Below, in pieces: positions 50,483-60,123 of a DNA stretch of 64,000 nucleotides (positions are counted from its first letter, which is position 1; each line of letters starts with the position of its first letter). The DNA comes from an uncultured bacterium (GTDB taxonomy: Bacteria > Acidobacteriota > HRBIN11 > JAKEFK01): contig CAVZQN010000003.1 of assembly GCA_963777505.1 (NCBI GenBank), forward strand, positions 96,001 through 160,000, in the 5' to 3' direction. The notes beneath the pieces were generated by a model, which was given only the letters and a program-made list of their open reading frames with translations, was not told where the DNA came from and searched no databases. The position numbers and the translations under genes are program-made.

Positions 50483-51982
50483 TCAAAATTCATTTTGTTC
50501 TCCGGTGCCAAGAAAGATCTTGAGTTCAAATGCTGTTCCTTCGGACTCCGTTAGGTGAACCATCGTTGCGTTGATTTGTTTTGCGAGGAGTTTCACAATT
50601 TTGAATCCAAAACTGCTTGCGCTGGCGAAATCAAAACCGGGAGGCAAACCCATGCCATTGTCAGACATTCGAATGACTCTTTTTTGATTTTCCGTAAAGA
50701 AATCAATCTCTATCACACCTTCATTTGCACCATTAAACGCATACTTCAATGAATTTGTAATCAACTCATTAAAGATCAACCCCAGCGAAACTGCCTTATC
50801 AAGACTGTAAGACTGGTCATTACCTGTGATATTAATCCTTACTGATTTTTCAGGAGCATATGAATTCAGGAGCTGTTTACTCAATGTACGCAAATAAATC
50901 AAAAAATCCACTTTGTCGAGGTTTTCGGTTTTGTATAGGCTCTCGTGAATCATGGCCATAGCACGAATGCGGCTGATGCTTTCAGAAAAGGCAGCCTGAA
51001 GCTTTTTTGCGTCCGGATCAAGATGACGAGATCTCAGCTCAAGCAGGCTTCCAACTACCTGAAGATTGTTTTTGACGCGATGATAGACTTCTTGTAAAAG
51101 TACATTTTTGTCTTGCACTGTACGTGCAAGTTCCTCAACCAAACGAACGCGTTCTTCTTCAGCTTTCTTTCTAACAGTAATATCTCTGGCAATAACTGAG
51201 ATAGCTATGAGTTTGCCTTTTGAATCTAGAACCGGGGACGCTGTTAACGAAACGTACACTTCTTTATCATCTTTTGTAGTCCGAATTGTTTCGTAATGGT
51301 CAATTCGTTCTCCACGTTTTAAGGTTTCTATGATTATGTCGACTTCGTGTTTCCGATTTACTGGCACTAAAAATGAAATATGTTTTCCAACGGTTTCGTC
51401 CGCGCTGTAGCCATAAAGTGTTTCAGCGCTTTTATTCCAACTCAAAATCAAACCATCAAGGTTTTTGGAAATGATTGCGTCATCAGATGAATCAACAATG
51501 GATGCAAGGAAATTTCGGATTTCACGGGACCGTTTTTCTTCGGTAATATCATAAGCGACTACAGAAGCACCGATTGTACCTCCCGAATCGTCAGTTACAG
51601 GTGAGACTGAAAGAGAAATATCGATAAGAACGCCGTCCTTTCGTTTGCGAACGGTTTCATAACGATCAATCATTTCTCCGTTTCTAATTTTTTGAAGTAT
51701 TTCAGGAATTTCATTTTCTCTGTCTGGAGGAGTGAGAATTGATACTGATTTGCCAATGATTTCTTGTTTTGTGTAGCCATAAATCCGTTGTGCGCCTTGA
51801 TTCCAGGTGAGTACAATACCACTCAGGTCTTTAGAGAAAATTGCATCATGGGCGGTCTCGACGATGTTCGCTAACGCTTTTTGAAGGATTTCCTGGCCAG
51901 ATATTTCCAAACTGGTGCGGTCTTTTGTTAAATTGGGCTTTTTCTTTAGCTTCAACCCTGATTGTTTCTCCAAATTTTTCAT
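50483..51982 (-). CDS. PAS-PAS histidine kinase (HisKA_2 type)
   Basis: Two PAS domains; EVYHRVKNNLQ, NELITNSLKYA, DNGMG. Confidence 0.92.
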   Translation of the reverse strand: MKNLEKQSGLKLKKKPNLTKDRTSLEISGQEILQKALANIVETAHDAIFSKDLSGIVLTWNQGAQRIYGYTKQEIIGKSVSILTPPDRENEIPEILQKIRNGEMIDRYETVRKRKDGVLIDISLSVSPVTDDSGGTIGASVVAYDITEEKRSREIRNFLASIVDSSDDAIISKNLDGLILSWNKSAETLYGYSADETVGKHISFLVPVNRKHEVDIIIETLKRGERIDHYETIRTTKDDKEVYVSLTASPVLDSKGKLIAISVIARDITVRKKAEEERVRLVEELARTVQDKNVLLQEVYHRVKNNLQVVGSLLELRSRHLDPDAKKLQAAFSESISRIRAMAMIHESLYKTENLDKVDFLIYLRTLSKQLLNSYAPEKSVRINITGNDQSYSLDKAVSLGLIFNELITNSLKYAFNGANEGVIEIDFFTENQKRVIRMSDNGMGLPPGFDFASASSFGFKIVKLLAKQINATMVHLTESEGTAFELKIFLGTGEQNEF

Positions 51983-52037
51983 TCCTTGACCTATTGTATA
52001 CTGATCCTACTAAGATTCTTTTAGTTAAGAAAAATCC

Positions 52038-53597
52038 ATGTACAGCTTATCGTCTTTTTTTCGGCGTAAGTCTGTTTTAGGACTCACACTTCAAGTTATT
52101 CTTGTTGCGTTCATATACTACTTTGCCGCTCGATTTGGTTTAACGCTGGCATTTCGTGAAACAAATGCTTCACCAGTCTGGCCTCCAACGGGTATCGCCT
52201 TCGCTGCTGTAATGCTATTAGGCTATCGGATTTGGCCTGCGATTTTTGTCGGTGCATTCTGCGCCAATTACATTACAAACCTGAATCCATGGGTTTGTTT
52301 TGCGATAGCTATTGGAAACACTCTGGAAGCTGCTGCAGGTGTATTCCTGTTTCAAAGATTTACTGGCGGCAAATCCATTGTTGATAATGTTAGGAACACT
52401 CTGACATTTCTGGTCCCAGTTGCAATGGGCTCCACAATGATTAGTGCGACCATTGGTGCGGTTAGCATTGTAATAGGAGGGTACTCGAGCGGAGCCCCTT
52501 TTAATTATGTTTGGTGGACATGGTGGCTCGGAGATACTGTTGGAAATATTGTTTTTGCTCCATTAATCTTAAGCCTGGCAAACTTCAAAACCATCCAATG
52601 GAATCCAAAATCATTTGGGGTTTTTGTCATCTTACTTTTGAGCTCGATCTGTCTTAGCTTTTTTGCTTTTGGTTCCTGGTTTGAACAAGGACGAATGTTT
52701 CTTTACTTTACTCTGGCTATAGTCATCATTTCACCTTTTCATCTTTCGGTTCTGGCGACCACAATTCTCTCAACTTTAGTTTCAATGATTGCCGTATGGG
52801 GAACAACTTCGGGATATGGTCCATTTATTCTTGAGAATATGAATGAATCGCTGCTTTTTTTGCAACTCTATGTTGGAACTATTGCTGCAACTGGCCTCAT
52901 CCTCTGTGCCGTATTAAACGAAAGAGAAAAAGCACTTAATGATTTGCTTACAACACAGAAGAAGGCTACATCAGTCGCCGCTGAGAAAACAGTTTTATTG
53001 AAAGAACTCAATCATAGGGTTAAGAATAATCTTCAAATCATCATTAGCTTGCTCAATATGCATGAACAAAGAATTGTAACTGCGGAAGCAAAGCCCATTT
53101 TCAAGGAATGCATAGACAGGATCATGGGGATTAATAGTATCCATCAATCTCTTTTTCAATCGACGCAGCCAGATTTTGTGGATCTTTCGGAATATCTACC
53201 TTTTCTTGCGAAGAATCTTGTCGGTACTCATCAATCGGATACATCCAAAATAAGAATCGAAATTACCGGAGAACGGATATCGATCCATAATGAGAAAGCA
53301 ATGCCTATAGGGATGATTTTGAATGAATTAGTAGTTAACTCGATTAAGCATGCTTTCTTGTCTGAGCAGGAGGGGTTGATCTCTTTAAATCTGAAGAGCA
53401 ATGGTGGGAAAATTGTTTTGTCTTATTCAGATAACGGGCTGGGGATTCGGACGGCCATCAGGCGCGGAGATTCTGGTTCCATAGGCATGCAGATTATTAA
53501 TCTGTTAGTGAAGCAACTAAATGGAAGCATTCATTTTGATACTTCCAGCTCAGGTTCGATCTATAAAATTGAATTGCCCACAGATGTACAGAATTGA
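52038..53597 (+). CDS. MASE1-domain histidine kinase (HisKA_2 type)
   Basis: SPVWPPTG, GNTLEA, WWLGD; ELNHRVKNNLQ, NELVVNSIKHA, DNGLG. Confidence 0.92.
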   Translation: MYSLSSFFRRKSVLGLTLQVILVAFIYYFAARFGLTLAFRETNASPVWPPTGIAFAAVMLLGYRIWPAIFVGAFCANYITNLNPWVCFAIAIGNTLEAAAGVFLFQRFTGGKSIVDNVRNTLTFLVPVAMGSTMISATIGAVSIVIGGYSSGAPFNYVWWTWWLGDTVGNIVFAPLILSLANFKTIQWNPKSFGVFVILLLSSICLSFFAFGSWFEQGRMFLYFTLAIVIISPFHLSVLATTILSTLVSMIAVWGTTSGYGPFILENMNESLLFLQLYVGTIAATGLILCAVLNEREKALNDLLTTQKKATSVAAEKTVLLKELNHRVKNNLQIIISLLNMHEQRIVTAEAKPIFKECIDRIMGINSIHQSLFQSTQPDFVDLSEYLPFLAKNLVGTHQSDTSKIRIEITGERISIHNEKAMPIGMILNELVVNSIKHAFLSEQEGLISLNLKSNGGKIVLSYSDNGLGIRTAIRRGDSGSIGMQIINLLVKQLNGSIHFDTSSSGSIYKIELPTDVQN

Positions 53598-53616
53598 AAT
53601 AGGTCGTTTATCTTAA

Positions 53617-53814
53617 TTACTCTTCAATCCGGATTTCTACAGTTGCAAGCTCAACTTTTAAGACATCGAATAAGAAAAATCTGATTGTCTGCTTAGACAA
53701 AAGTTGTGGCTTTTTGGCAACAAAGATGGCTGCGCGATTTCGAATCTGAAGCAAGAGTGTAGTTGGCAGCGCTTCAAAGAGTGATGAAAGTAAACGTTGT
53801 AAGGATTCCCTCAT
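53617..53814 (-). CDS. Small 65-aa hypothetical protein
   Basis: Strong SD GAGGAGG just upstream of ATG; fills the intergenic gap. Confidence 0.45.
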   Translation of the reverse strand: MRESLQRLLSSLFEALPTTLLLQIRNRAAIFVAKKPQLLSKQTIRFFLFDVLKVELATVEIRIEE

Positions 53815-53935
53815 TTTCCCTCCTCGTAAATCTTAATTATGCCTACCCTGATAGGCACATCGAGTGTTGAAAAGTCTAGCATATTCCATGAATTAGTCAA
53901 AACTCGAGACAGAGGATCCTGGAGGAGAGCTCCGA

Positions 53936-54057
53936 ACACGGATAAACACGGATAATCACTTCGGATAACCTGTTCTCGCTGCCAGCAGCTATCCGTGTTC
54001 ATCCGTGACATCCGTGGTTAAATCCGTGTTCTATGTTCTTTGCGTCTTTGCGGTTAA
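53936..54057. repeat. ACACGGAT/ATCCGTG short-period REP cluster; left copy of a 45-bp direct repeat (53990-54034)
   Basis: TATCCGTGTTCATCCGTGACATCCGTGGTTAAATCCGTGTTCTAT identical at 60075-60119. Confidence 0.88.
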
Positions 54058-54210
54058 TCTTCGTTCTTGGATTGGATTTCAAAGATTTGAATTAGTTGAT
54101 GTCCGCCGTTGTAGTAGTAACATTTCGGTTTTGCAATTCACTGGCAATCCCTTGCAACTCCCAACATCCTGATCGCACTTTGTGACAAACCTCCTAATTT
54201 CATTATCGTC

Positions 54211-54226
54211 TGGCATTACGCTTGCT
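54211..54226 (+). promoter_or_regulatory. sigma54 (-24/-12) promoter of receptor 2
   Basis: TGGCATTACGCTTGCT, GG-N10-GC, 74 nt upstream of the ATG. Confidence 0.72.
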
Positions 54227-54300
54227 CCATCGTTGGACGGAACAGATGCGATCTGTTACTACAAGGTTCGAATGAACAAATTCTAATTAATGGAGGAAGC

Positions 54301-57225
54301 ATGAGGAATCGGATTTTGCTGCTGTTTGCAATGTTTATTCTTGCGATTGCAGCACCCGTTATGGCACAGGTGGCAACGAAAACGGGCTCAATTTACGGCA
54401 AAGTTCTTGATGATAAGGAATCTCCGCTTCCAGGCGTTCAGATAACGCTTGAATCGGAAGTAATTCCCGCACAAACTGCGACCTCGGGTGGCTCTGGCAG
54501 TTTTCGATTTGCAAATTTACCTCCCGGTATTTATTCGGTGAATCTCTCAATTGAAGGATTTACTGAAGTTCGGCAGGAAGAAGTCCGCGTTAGTACCGGT
54601 TCACAGGTTCAACTTGAAATCACAATGAGACCTTCCCTTGCGGAAGAATTTACAGTCATTGGCGAAACACCGATTGTTGATTCAAAGAAAACAGGACAAG
54701 CAGATACATTCAATCGTGATTATCTTGAAGACGTTCCCAGTGGTCGTGATCCCTGGGTCATTATCGATCAAACAACAGCAATTGATGCAGATCGATACAA
54801 TGTTGCCGGCTCAGAATCAGGTCAACAAGCAGGTTTTGTTGCCAGAGGCGGCAGCGAAGACAACACCATCTGGAATTTTGACGGTGTAAATGTTACGGAT
54901 CCATCGGCATTAGGAGCATCACCCAGTTATTTCGATTTTGATGCGTTCGAAGAACTCCAAATTTCCACCGGCGGCAACGATGCTTCCATTCCAACCGGTG
55001 GAGTCGCAGTTAATATCGTTACCAAACGAGCAGGTAATAAGTGGGAAGGCGGCGGATCATTCTTTTTTGTGAATGAAAGTCTGCAAGGTACCAATACACC
55101 TGATGAGCTCCTGGCACTTGGAGTTGAAAAGTCTAACAGGATTGATGAAATCAAAGATTATGGCGTTGATATTGGCGGACCACTTCTGAAAGACAAACTA
55201 TTTGTTTGGGGTGCATACCGGAAAAATGAAATCGGCTTAGTAACAACCGCGAATCTTCCCGATTTTACTGAGCTTACAATTTTTAATTCAAAAGGAAACA
55301 TAAGCTGGAATTCTTCACACGAATCACAACTCGGCTACAACAACGATAATAAAAAGAAAACAGGACGTGCTGCCATCGGCGTGGCTGTGCAAGCTCCGGA
55401 GACGCTCTGGACACAAAGCGGCTCAGAAGAAATACTCCAGGGCATCTGGACTGCTCAGCATACCTGGATTCCAAACGATCGAACTATTCTCACTGCAAGA
55501 TACGGATATAACGGCAATGGATTTTCGCTCGTTCCTCAAGGCGGAAAAGACATCCCGATGATTTATCTTGCTGCGATTCCGCGATGGGAAGATACAATTT
55601 TTTATGTTTCTCCAATCGATCGTCCTGGGAAGGACTTCAGCGCAGATGTGAATTACTTTAAAGAAAACGTGATCGGCGGTGATCATGAATTCCGTTTTGG
55701 GTTTGAGTATAAGACCGATTCTCTTCATACGTTCAGCAGCTATGGAAACGGATTGTTCATCATTGATTACTATCAGGATGTTCCAAGTGGGGCGCTTACA
55801 TCGGGCGTACTACAGGCACAACATCTGATTGATGGAAGAAATCGTATTGATCGTACCAGCTTTTATGCGACCGATACTTTCAGACGCGATCGTCTCACTT
55901 TAAATCTTGGTTTCCGGTTCGATCACCAAACGGGTGAAAATGAAGCATCAACAATTCCAGCAGTACCTGGATTTGAAACTTTTGTTGGCGCATTTGAATT
56001 TCAAGGGAATGATCCTGGAATCGATTTTAATAATCTGTCACCACGTCTTGGCGCAACATTCGATGTTTCAGGTGACGGCAAAACATTGATTCGTGGAAAC
56101 TTTGCACGATACTACGACACTTTTAATCCAGCGTATCTCACACATGTAAATCCAACCTTTATAGTCAACGGAGCAAGCTTTGACTATGTCAACGCAAATG
56201 GTGATCGTGTCATTACGCCAGATGAGATCGTGTCAGCTCCTTCGTATTTTGGTGGCTTGAATGGACCCAACTTTGATTTGGATGCTTTTCTGCAAACCAG
56301 ATTAATTGATGAAGATTTTCGCAATTCAAATTCTTGGGAATATCTGATTGGTTTCGAAAGACAGCTCATGACAGATCTTTCCTTTGGCGTTACGTATACA
56401 CATCGCGATTATCGTGACACAACTGCGATTCTGCCTGTGGGTGTATCGGCAAATGATTTCGTTCAGTCAGGTGTGTTTGAACAAAATACTGTTTTAGGAT
56501 CGTTTTCTGTTCCGGTATACACACTTGGTTTTGAACATGATGGCCGTTCAATCCTGACGAACGTCAATGATTACAAAACCAGTTACAACGGTGTTGATAT
56601 TACTGTTCGTAAGAGGATGTCAGACAACTTCATGGTCAATGGAAGTTTGACTTTGCAAAAGCAGAAAGCAAATTTTGACGGCGGTGATTCGGCTGGTTTT
56701 TACATGAACGACGGCGGATTATCCGGTTCAACTTTTCCATATGATCCGGGACAGTTGAAATTTCTTGATGACCTTCCATATGCGTTTGCACCTGGCGGTA
56801 GTGGTAAATCAGGTGTGTATCCATATTCAGAATGGCAATTGAAGGTGAGTGGCGCGTATCAATTCGGATGGGACATCAGTGTTGGAGCTTTCGCACGTTA
56901 TCAACAAGGTTACCCATATGTGGTCTTCGGCGCAGTTACCGATTCTTCATTGCTTGGTGTTCTCGGCACAAGCACGCATCGAATTCTTGTTGAGCCTTTC
57001 GGAAGTAGGCGATTCGATAACACATTCACACTCGATCTTCAGTTTGAAAAAGGATTGGAGTTTGGAAGTTACGGAAGGCTCGCTTTAATGGCGAATTTGT
57101 TCAACGTAACGAATAGCAACGCGATTATCCGGCGCGTTCGAAGTGTGGCGGCCGCTAACTTCAATACGATTGAAGAAAATATTTCACCGCGCGCACTCCG
57201 TCTTGGGATCCGATACAGCTTTTAA
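54301..57225 (+). CDS. TonB-dependent receptor-like outer-membrane protein, paralog of 23515..26442
   Basis: Colinear with receptor 1; shared blocks RDYLEDVPS, YNVAGSESGQQA, NGDRVITPDEI, PYAFAPGGSGK, SPRALRLG; C-terminal F. Confidence 0.88.
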   Translation: MRNRILLLFAMFILAIAAPVMAQVATKTGSIYGKVLDDKESPLPGVQITLESEVIPAQTATSGGSGSFRFANLPPGIYSVNLSIEGFTEVRQEEVRVSTGSQVQLEITMRPSLAEEFTVIGETPIVDSKKTGQADTFNRDYLEDVPSGRDPWVIIDQTTAIDADRYNVAGSESGQQAGFVARGGSEDNTIWNFDGVNVTDPSALGASPSYFDFDAFEELQISTGGNDASIPTGGVAVNIVTKRAGNKWEGGGSFFFVNESLQGTNTPDELLALGVEKSNRIDEIKDYGVDIGGPLLKDKLFVWGAYRKNEIGLVTTANLPDFTELTIFNSKGNISWNSSHESQLGYNNDNKKKTGRAAIGVAVQAPETLWTQSGSEEILQGIWTAQHTWIPNDRTILTARYGYNGNGFSLVPQGGKDIPMIYLAAIPRWEDTIFYVSPIDRPGKDFSADVNYFKENVIGGDHEFRFGFEYKTDSLHTFSSYGNGLFIIDYYQDVPSGALTSGVLQAQHLIDGRNRIDRTSFYATDTFRRDRLTLNLGFRFDHQTGENEASTIPAVPGFETFVGAFEFQGNDPGIDFNNLSPRLGATFDVSGDGKTLIRGNFARYYDTFNPAYLTHVNPTFIVNGASFDYVNANGDRVITPDEIVSAPSYFGGLNGPNFDLDAFLQTRLIDEDFRNSNSWEYLIGFERQLMTDLSFGVTYTHRDYRDTTAILPVGVSANDFVQSGVFEQNTVLGSFSVPVYTLGFEHDGRSILTNVNDYKTSYNGVDITVRKRMSDNFMVNGSLTLQKQKANFDGGDSAGFYMNDGGLSGSTFPYDPGQLKFLDDLPYAFAPGGSGKSGVYPYSEWQLKVSGAYQFGWDISVGAFARYQQGYPYVVFGAVTDSSLLGVLGTSTHRILVEPFGSRRFDNTFTLDLQFEKGLEFGSYGRLALMANLFNVTNSNAIIRRVRSVAAANFNTIEENISPRALRLGIRYSF

Positions 57226-57234
57226 GTATGACTG

Positions 57235-57335
57235 GAGGCCGGGCTTCGCGGTGGTGGGGCGCGGAAGCCTGGCCTCAGACAGCAGATTATTATGAGGCCC
57301 GGGTTTCGTACCCCACCACCGCAAACCCGGGCCTC
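57235..57335. repeat. Inverted hairpin doublet with complementary loops
   Basis: Two GAGGCC...GGCCTC hairpins; loops GCGGTGGTGGGG and CCCCACCACCGC. Confidence 0.7.
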
Positions 57336-57374
57336 AATCAAGTAGTTCTCATGGCTCTCGCATAGAAGAGAGTT

Positions 57375-57407
57375 GGCGGTGCAGAATTGGCTGCACCGCC
57401 TTTTTTT
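57375..57407 (+). terminator. Rho-independent terminator after receptor 2
   Basis: GGCGGTGCAG/CTGCACCGCC perfect 10-bp stem followed by T7. Confidence 0.85.
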
Positions 57408-57462
57408 GTGTGGCCGGCACAAGACCGGCCCCTACTTTGTCTTAGGGTCTGGTTGTGATGAA

Positions 57463-58638
57463 ATGAAAATGAAAATGTTGATCTTGCAGTGGTTACAAAG
57501 ACGTTCGCCGCAATCACGTTTGTGGCTCATCAGCCTTGCATTCTGGACATTTTTTGGACTTACAAATTTCATCCTTTCATATTTCCGGCATCCGGAATCA
57601 TTTCCATGGTACAAAGATTTATCGCTTCAACTTCTTTTTTGGTACCTGCATGTTCCGGCCCTGCCAATCGTTAGCTGGCTTTGGAATCGATTTCCTGTTG
57701 TACCTCCGCATCGTGTCCGCGCTTTCCTGATGCATTGTCTTTTTAGCTTCGTGTTTGTCATTTCGTTTTGTGTACTTCGCGTGTACTACGATGCAATCCA
57801 TCCCTTTCATGTCTTGGGATCAGATCCATCTGCATCTTTCTTGAATCGCTATGCCACTGTTTTCAGAGGCTCTATCACGATTATGTTTTTTGATTATTGG
57901 GCTTTCCTGGGTGCAGTGCTGGCCATTGATTATTATCAGAAGTTTCGTGAAGGAAAAAAGGAAGCGGCAGCTCTACAGCTCCGGGCTTTTCAACTTGAAA
58001 GCCAATTGGCCAAAGCTCAGCTTCAAACGCTAAGAATGCAATTAAATCCACATTTCCTTTTTAATACATTACATAGTATTTCTGCACTCGTGCGCGAAGA
58101 TAACAAAATTCTGGCCATACGAATGATTACAGAGCTTGGCGATCTTCTTCGCCAAACGCTTCAACTTTCTGGATCTCAAGAAGTCACATTGCGTGAGGAA
58201 CTTGAATTTCTAAAAAAATATTTGAACCTTGAACAAATTCGATTTCAGGATCGCTTACAGATTCAAATGTTGATTGAACCAGAAACAGTTTCTGCAAATG
58301 TTCCTTATTTGATTCTTCAGCCTTTAGTTGAAAATGCGATTCGTCATGGAATTTCACAGAGTCGAAAGGCTTCGTTAATCGAAGTTCGGACTAGCAAACA
58401 GAATGGAAATCTTGTCATGCAGGTTCGCGATAATGGTCCAGGCCTTCCTATCGATTGGAAAGGCTGGAACGGAAAGAGTATCGGATTGCCGAATATCAAG
58501 GCGAGGTTGGAGAGCTTGTATCAAAACTCATATCACTTTGAACTGAAGAATTCTGAAGAGGGAGGTGCTTTAGCAACCATCTCTATTCCATTTGCAAGCC
58601 GGCCGGATTTGAGTTTAGACAAAAAGGATACAGTATGA
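57463..58638 (+). CDS. LytS/YehU-family sensor histidine kinase
   Basis: TM region; MQLNPHFLFNTLH, ENAIRHG, DNGPG, IGL; start moved downstream of the terminator and REP. Confidence 0.92.
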   Translation: MKMKMLILQWLQRRSPQSRLWLISLAFWTFFGLTNFILSYFRHPESFPWYKDLSLQLLFWYLHVPALPIVSWLWNRFPVVPPHRVRAFLMHCLFSFVFVISFCVLRVYYDAIHPFHVLGSDPSASFLNRYATVFRGSITIMFFDYWAFLGAVLAIDYYQKFREGKKEAAALQLRAFQLESQLAKAQLQTLRMQLNPHFLFNTLHSISALVREDNKILAIRMITELGDLLRQTLQLSGSQEVTLREELEFLKKYLNLEQIRFQDRLQIQMLIEPETVSANVPYLILQPLVENAIRHGISQSRKASLIEVRTSKQNGNLVMQVRDNGPGLPIDWKGWNGKSIGLPNIKARLESLYQNSYHFELKNSEEGGALATISIPFASRPDLSLDKKDTV

Positions 58639-59408
58639 CGCCTCTACGGGTTTTAATTGTTGATGATGAACCTCTTGCGAGAAGGACATTGCATTCCCTG
58701 TTGGAAAAAAAGGAAGATGTTGAAATCGTAGGAGAAACCTGTTGTGGTGAGGATGCGTTAGAAATAATCGAACGTGAAAAGCCTGACCTCATTTTTCTCG
58801 ATATTCAAATGCCCGAAATGAATGGATTTCAACTGCTGGAAAATATCCATCCTGATGAATTGCCTGAAATCATTTTTGTAACTGCATACGATGAATTTGC
58901 TCTAAAGGCATTTGAAGTTCATGCAGTTGATTATTTGTTAAAGCCATTTGATGATGATCGGTTTGAAAAGGCATTTGGTAGGGCGAGAGCCCAGGTCATG
59001 AAGCATCAAGCGAGTGGGGCAAAAGAGAAATTCATGTCTCTAATAAAAAGCTGGAGTGTTAATGAACAAATACGTCAGCCCGCTAAAAACAGAATATTCA
59101 TCAAAGAGCATGGCAGGATTTCATTTGTGCAAATCCAAGAAATTGATTGGATCGAGGCTTCGGATCAATATGTAACAGTGCATTCAGATTCCAGGACGTA
59201 TTTACTGAGAGAAAGTATGCAAGAGCTTGAAGCTCGCCTTCCGGCAGACCGGTTTTTTAGAATTCATCGTTCTTTTCTTGTGAACCTTGAAAGCGTAAAA
59301 GAGTTGCAAATAAACAAACAGGGTGATTACCACGCTGTCTTGCGGGATGGTAGTGTTTTGAAGGTTAGCCGCAGTCGTCGCACCGAGTTCGAGGAAGCCC
59401 TCCGTTAA
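58635..59408 (+). CDS. LytTR-family response regulator (canonical)
   Basis: IVDDE, FLDIQMP, FVTAY, LKPF, FFRIHRS; ATGA overlap with the kinase. Confidence 0.95.
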   Translation: MTPLRVLIVDDEPLARRTLHSLLEKKEDVEIVGETCCGEDALEIIEREKPDLIFLDIQMPEMNGFQLLENIHPDELPEIIFVTAYDEFALKAFEVHAVDYLLKPFDDDRFEKAFGRARAQVMKHQASGAKEKFMSLIKSWSVNEQIRQPAKNRIFIKEHGRISFVQIQEIDWIEASDQYVTVHSDSRTYLLRESMQELEARLPADRFFRIHRSFLVNLESVKELQINKQGDYHAVLRDGSVLKVSRSRRTEFEEALR

Positions 59409-59414
59409 ATTTTC

Positions 59415-59466
59415 GGAGCGCGGGCATCCCTGCCCGCATTATGGGCCGCAGGCATCTTTGCCTGCA
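59415..59466. repeat. GGAGCGC-type REP pair
   Basis: GCGGGCA/TGCCCGC and GCAGGCA/TGCCTGC hairpins; single unit also at 62947-62970. Confidence 0.75.
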
Positions 59467-59534
59467 TTTGCTCTTGCATACTTTTTTTCTGAATGTAAAA
59501 TTAGACATCTAATTTTGAATAGTAGAGGAGCGTA

Positions 59535-59810
59535 ATGGTTCGTGTTGATGTTCGTGATATGCGGGATGATTCATTCCAGCTCATCTTTCCCGTATATGCC
59601 CGTTCAATAGAAATTAGCGCAAATGAAATGTATGCCTTGCCTTGTTTGAACCTGGAAGAGTTTAAGAAGCTGATGGGCAATAAGCTTCGACCATTGCCTG
59701 ATGATGACTTCAAAACGTATCTGCAAGGTTTAACGGATCCACAGTGGGCGGAAGTTCGTTTCGCAATGGCACGAAACATCGCCCCTGGCAACGAACAAAT
59801 CTACCCCTGA
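59535..59810 (+). CDS. 91-aa hypothetical protein
   Basis: SD GAGGAG; candidate promoter TTGCAT-16 nt-TAAAAT at 59474-59501. Confidence 0.7.
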   Translation: MVRVDVRDMRDDSFQLIFPVYARSIEISANEMYALPCLNLEEFKKLMGNKLRPLPDDDFKTYLQGLTDPQWAEVRFAMARNIAPGNEQIYP

Positions 59811-59939
59811 ATAGAACTCAGAACACTGATTAACGCGGATTTAACGGATTCCCACGGATTTAATTGAACCACGGATACACACAGATCAACACGGATATAG
59901 CTCGCCAATAACTTCGACTTGCATTCTCCTGCTGCCGGC

Positions 59940-60065
59940 GGCCTTTCAGGCCTGAATTGAGCTAAAGCAAAAACAAAGACCGTTGATTTAAAGCTTCAAT
60001 GGACTTTCATAAGGGGGGACTTTGTTTTTGCTTTAGCTCAATTCAGCGCCCGCCGAAGGCGGGCC
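59940..60065. mobile_element. 126-bp MITE/REPIN-like element flanked by a GCCGGC duplication
   Basis: 27-bp perfect inverted repeat at 59952-59978 / 60020-60046; terminal hairpins; GCCGGC at 59934-59939 and 60066-60071; absent from the homologous site near 53980. Confidence 0.6.
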
Positions 60066-60074
60066 GCCGGCAGT

Positions 60075-60119
60075 TATCCGTGTTCATCCGTGACATCCGT
60101 GGTTAAATCCGTGTTCTAT
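60075..60119. repeat. Right copy of the 45-bp direct repeat
   Basis: Identical to 53990-54034. Confidence 0.9.
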
Positions 60120-60123
60120 TTCT

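Noticed and set aside
54142-54156. Second sigma54-like motif TGGCAATCCCTTGCA
   Set aside because: GG-N9-GC spacing, one base short of the strict requirement.
57373-57462. N-terminal extension of kinase 2 in the ORF track
   Set aside because: It reads through a terminator and a REP; Met codons at 57463-57475 are better starts.
53936-60119. CRISPR array suggested by recurring ATCCGTG and other periodic repeats
   Set aside because: Periods are 7-10 nt with no unique 30-40-nt spacers, and there are no cas genes.
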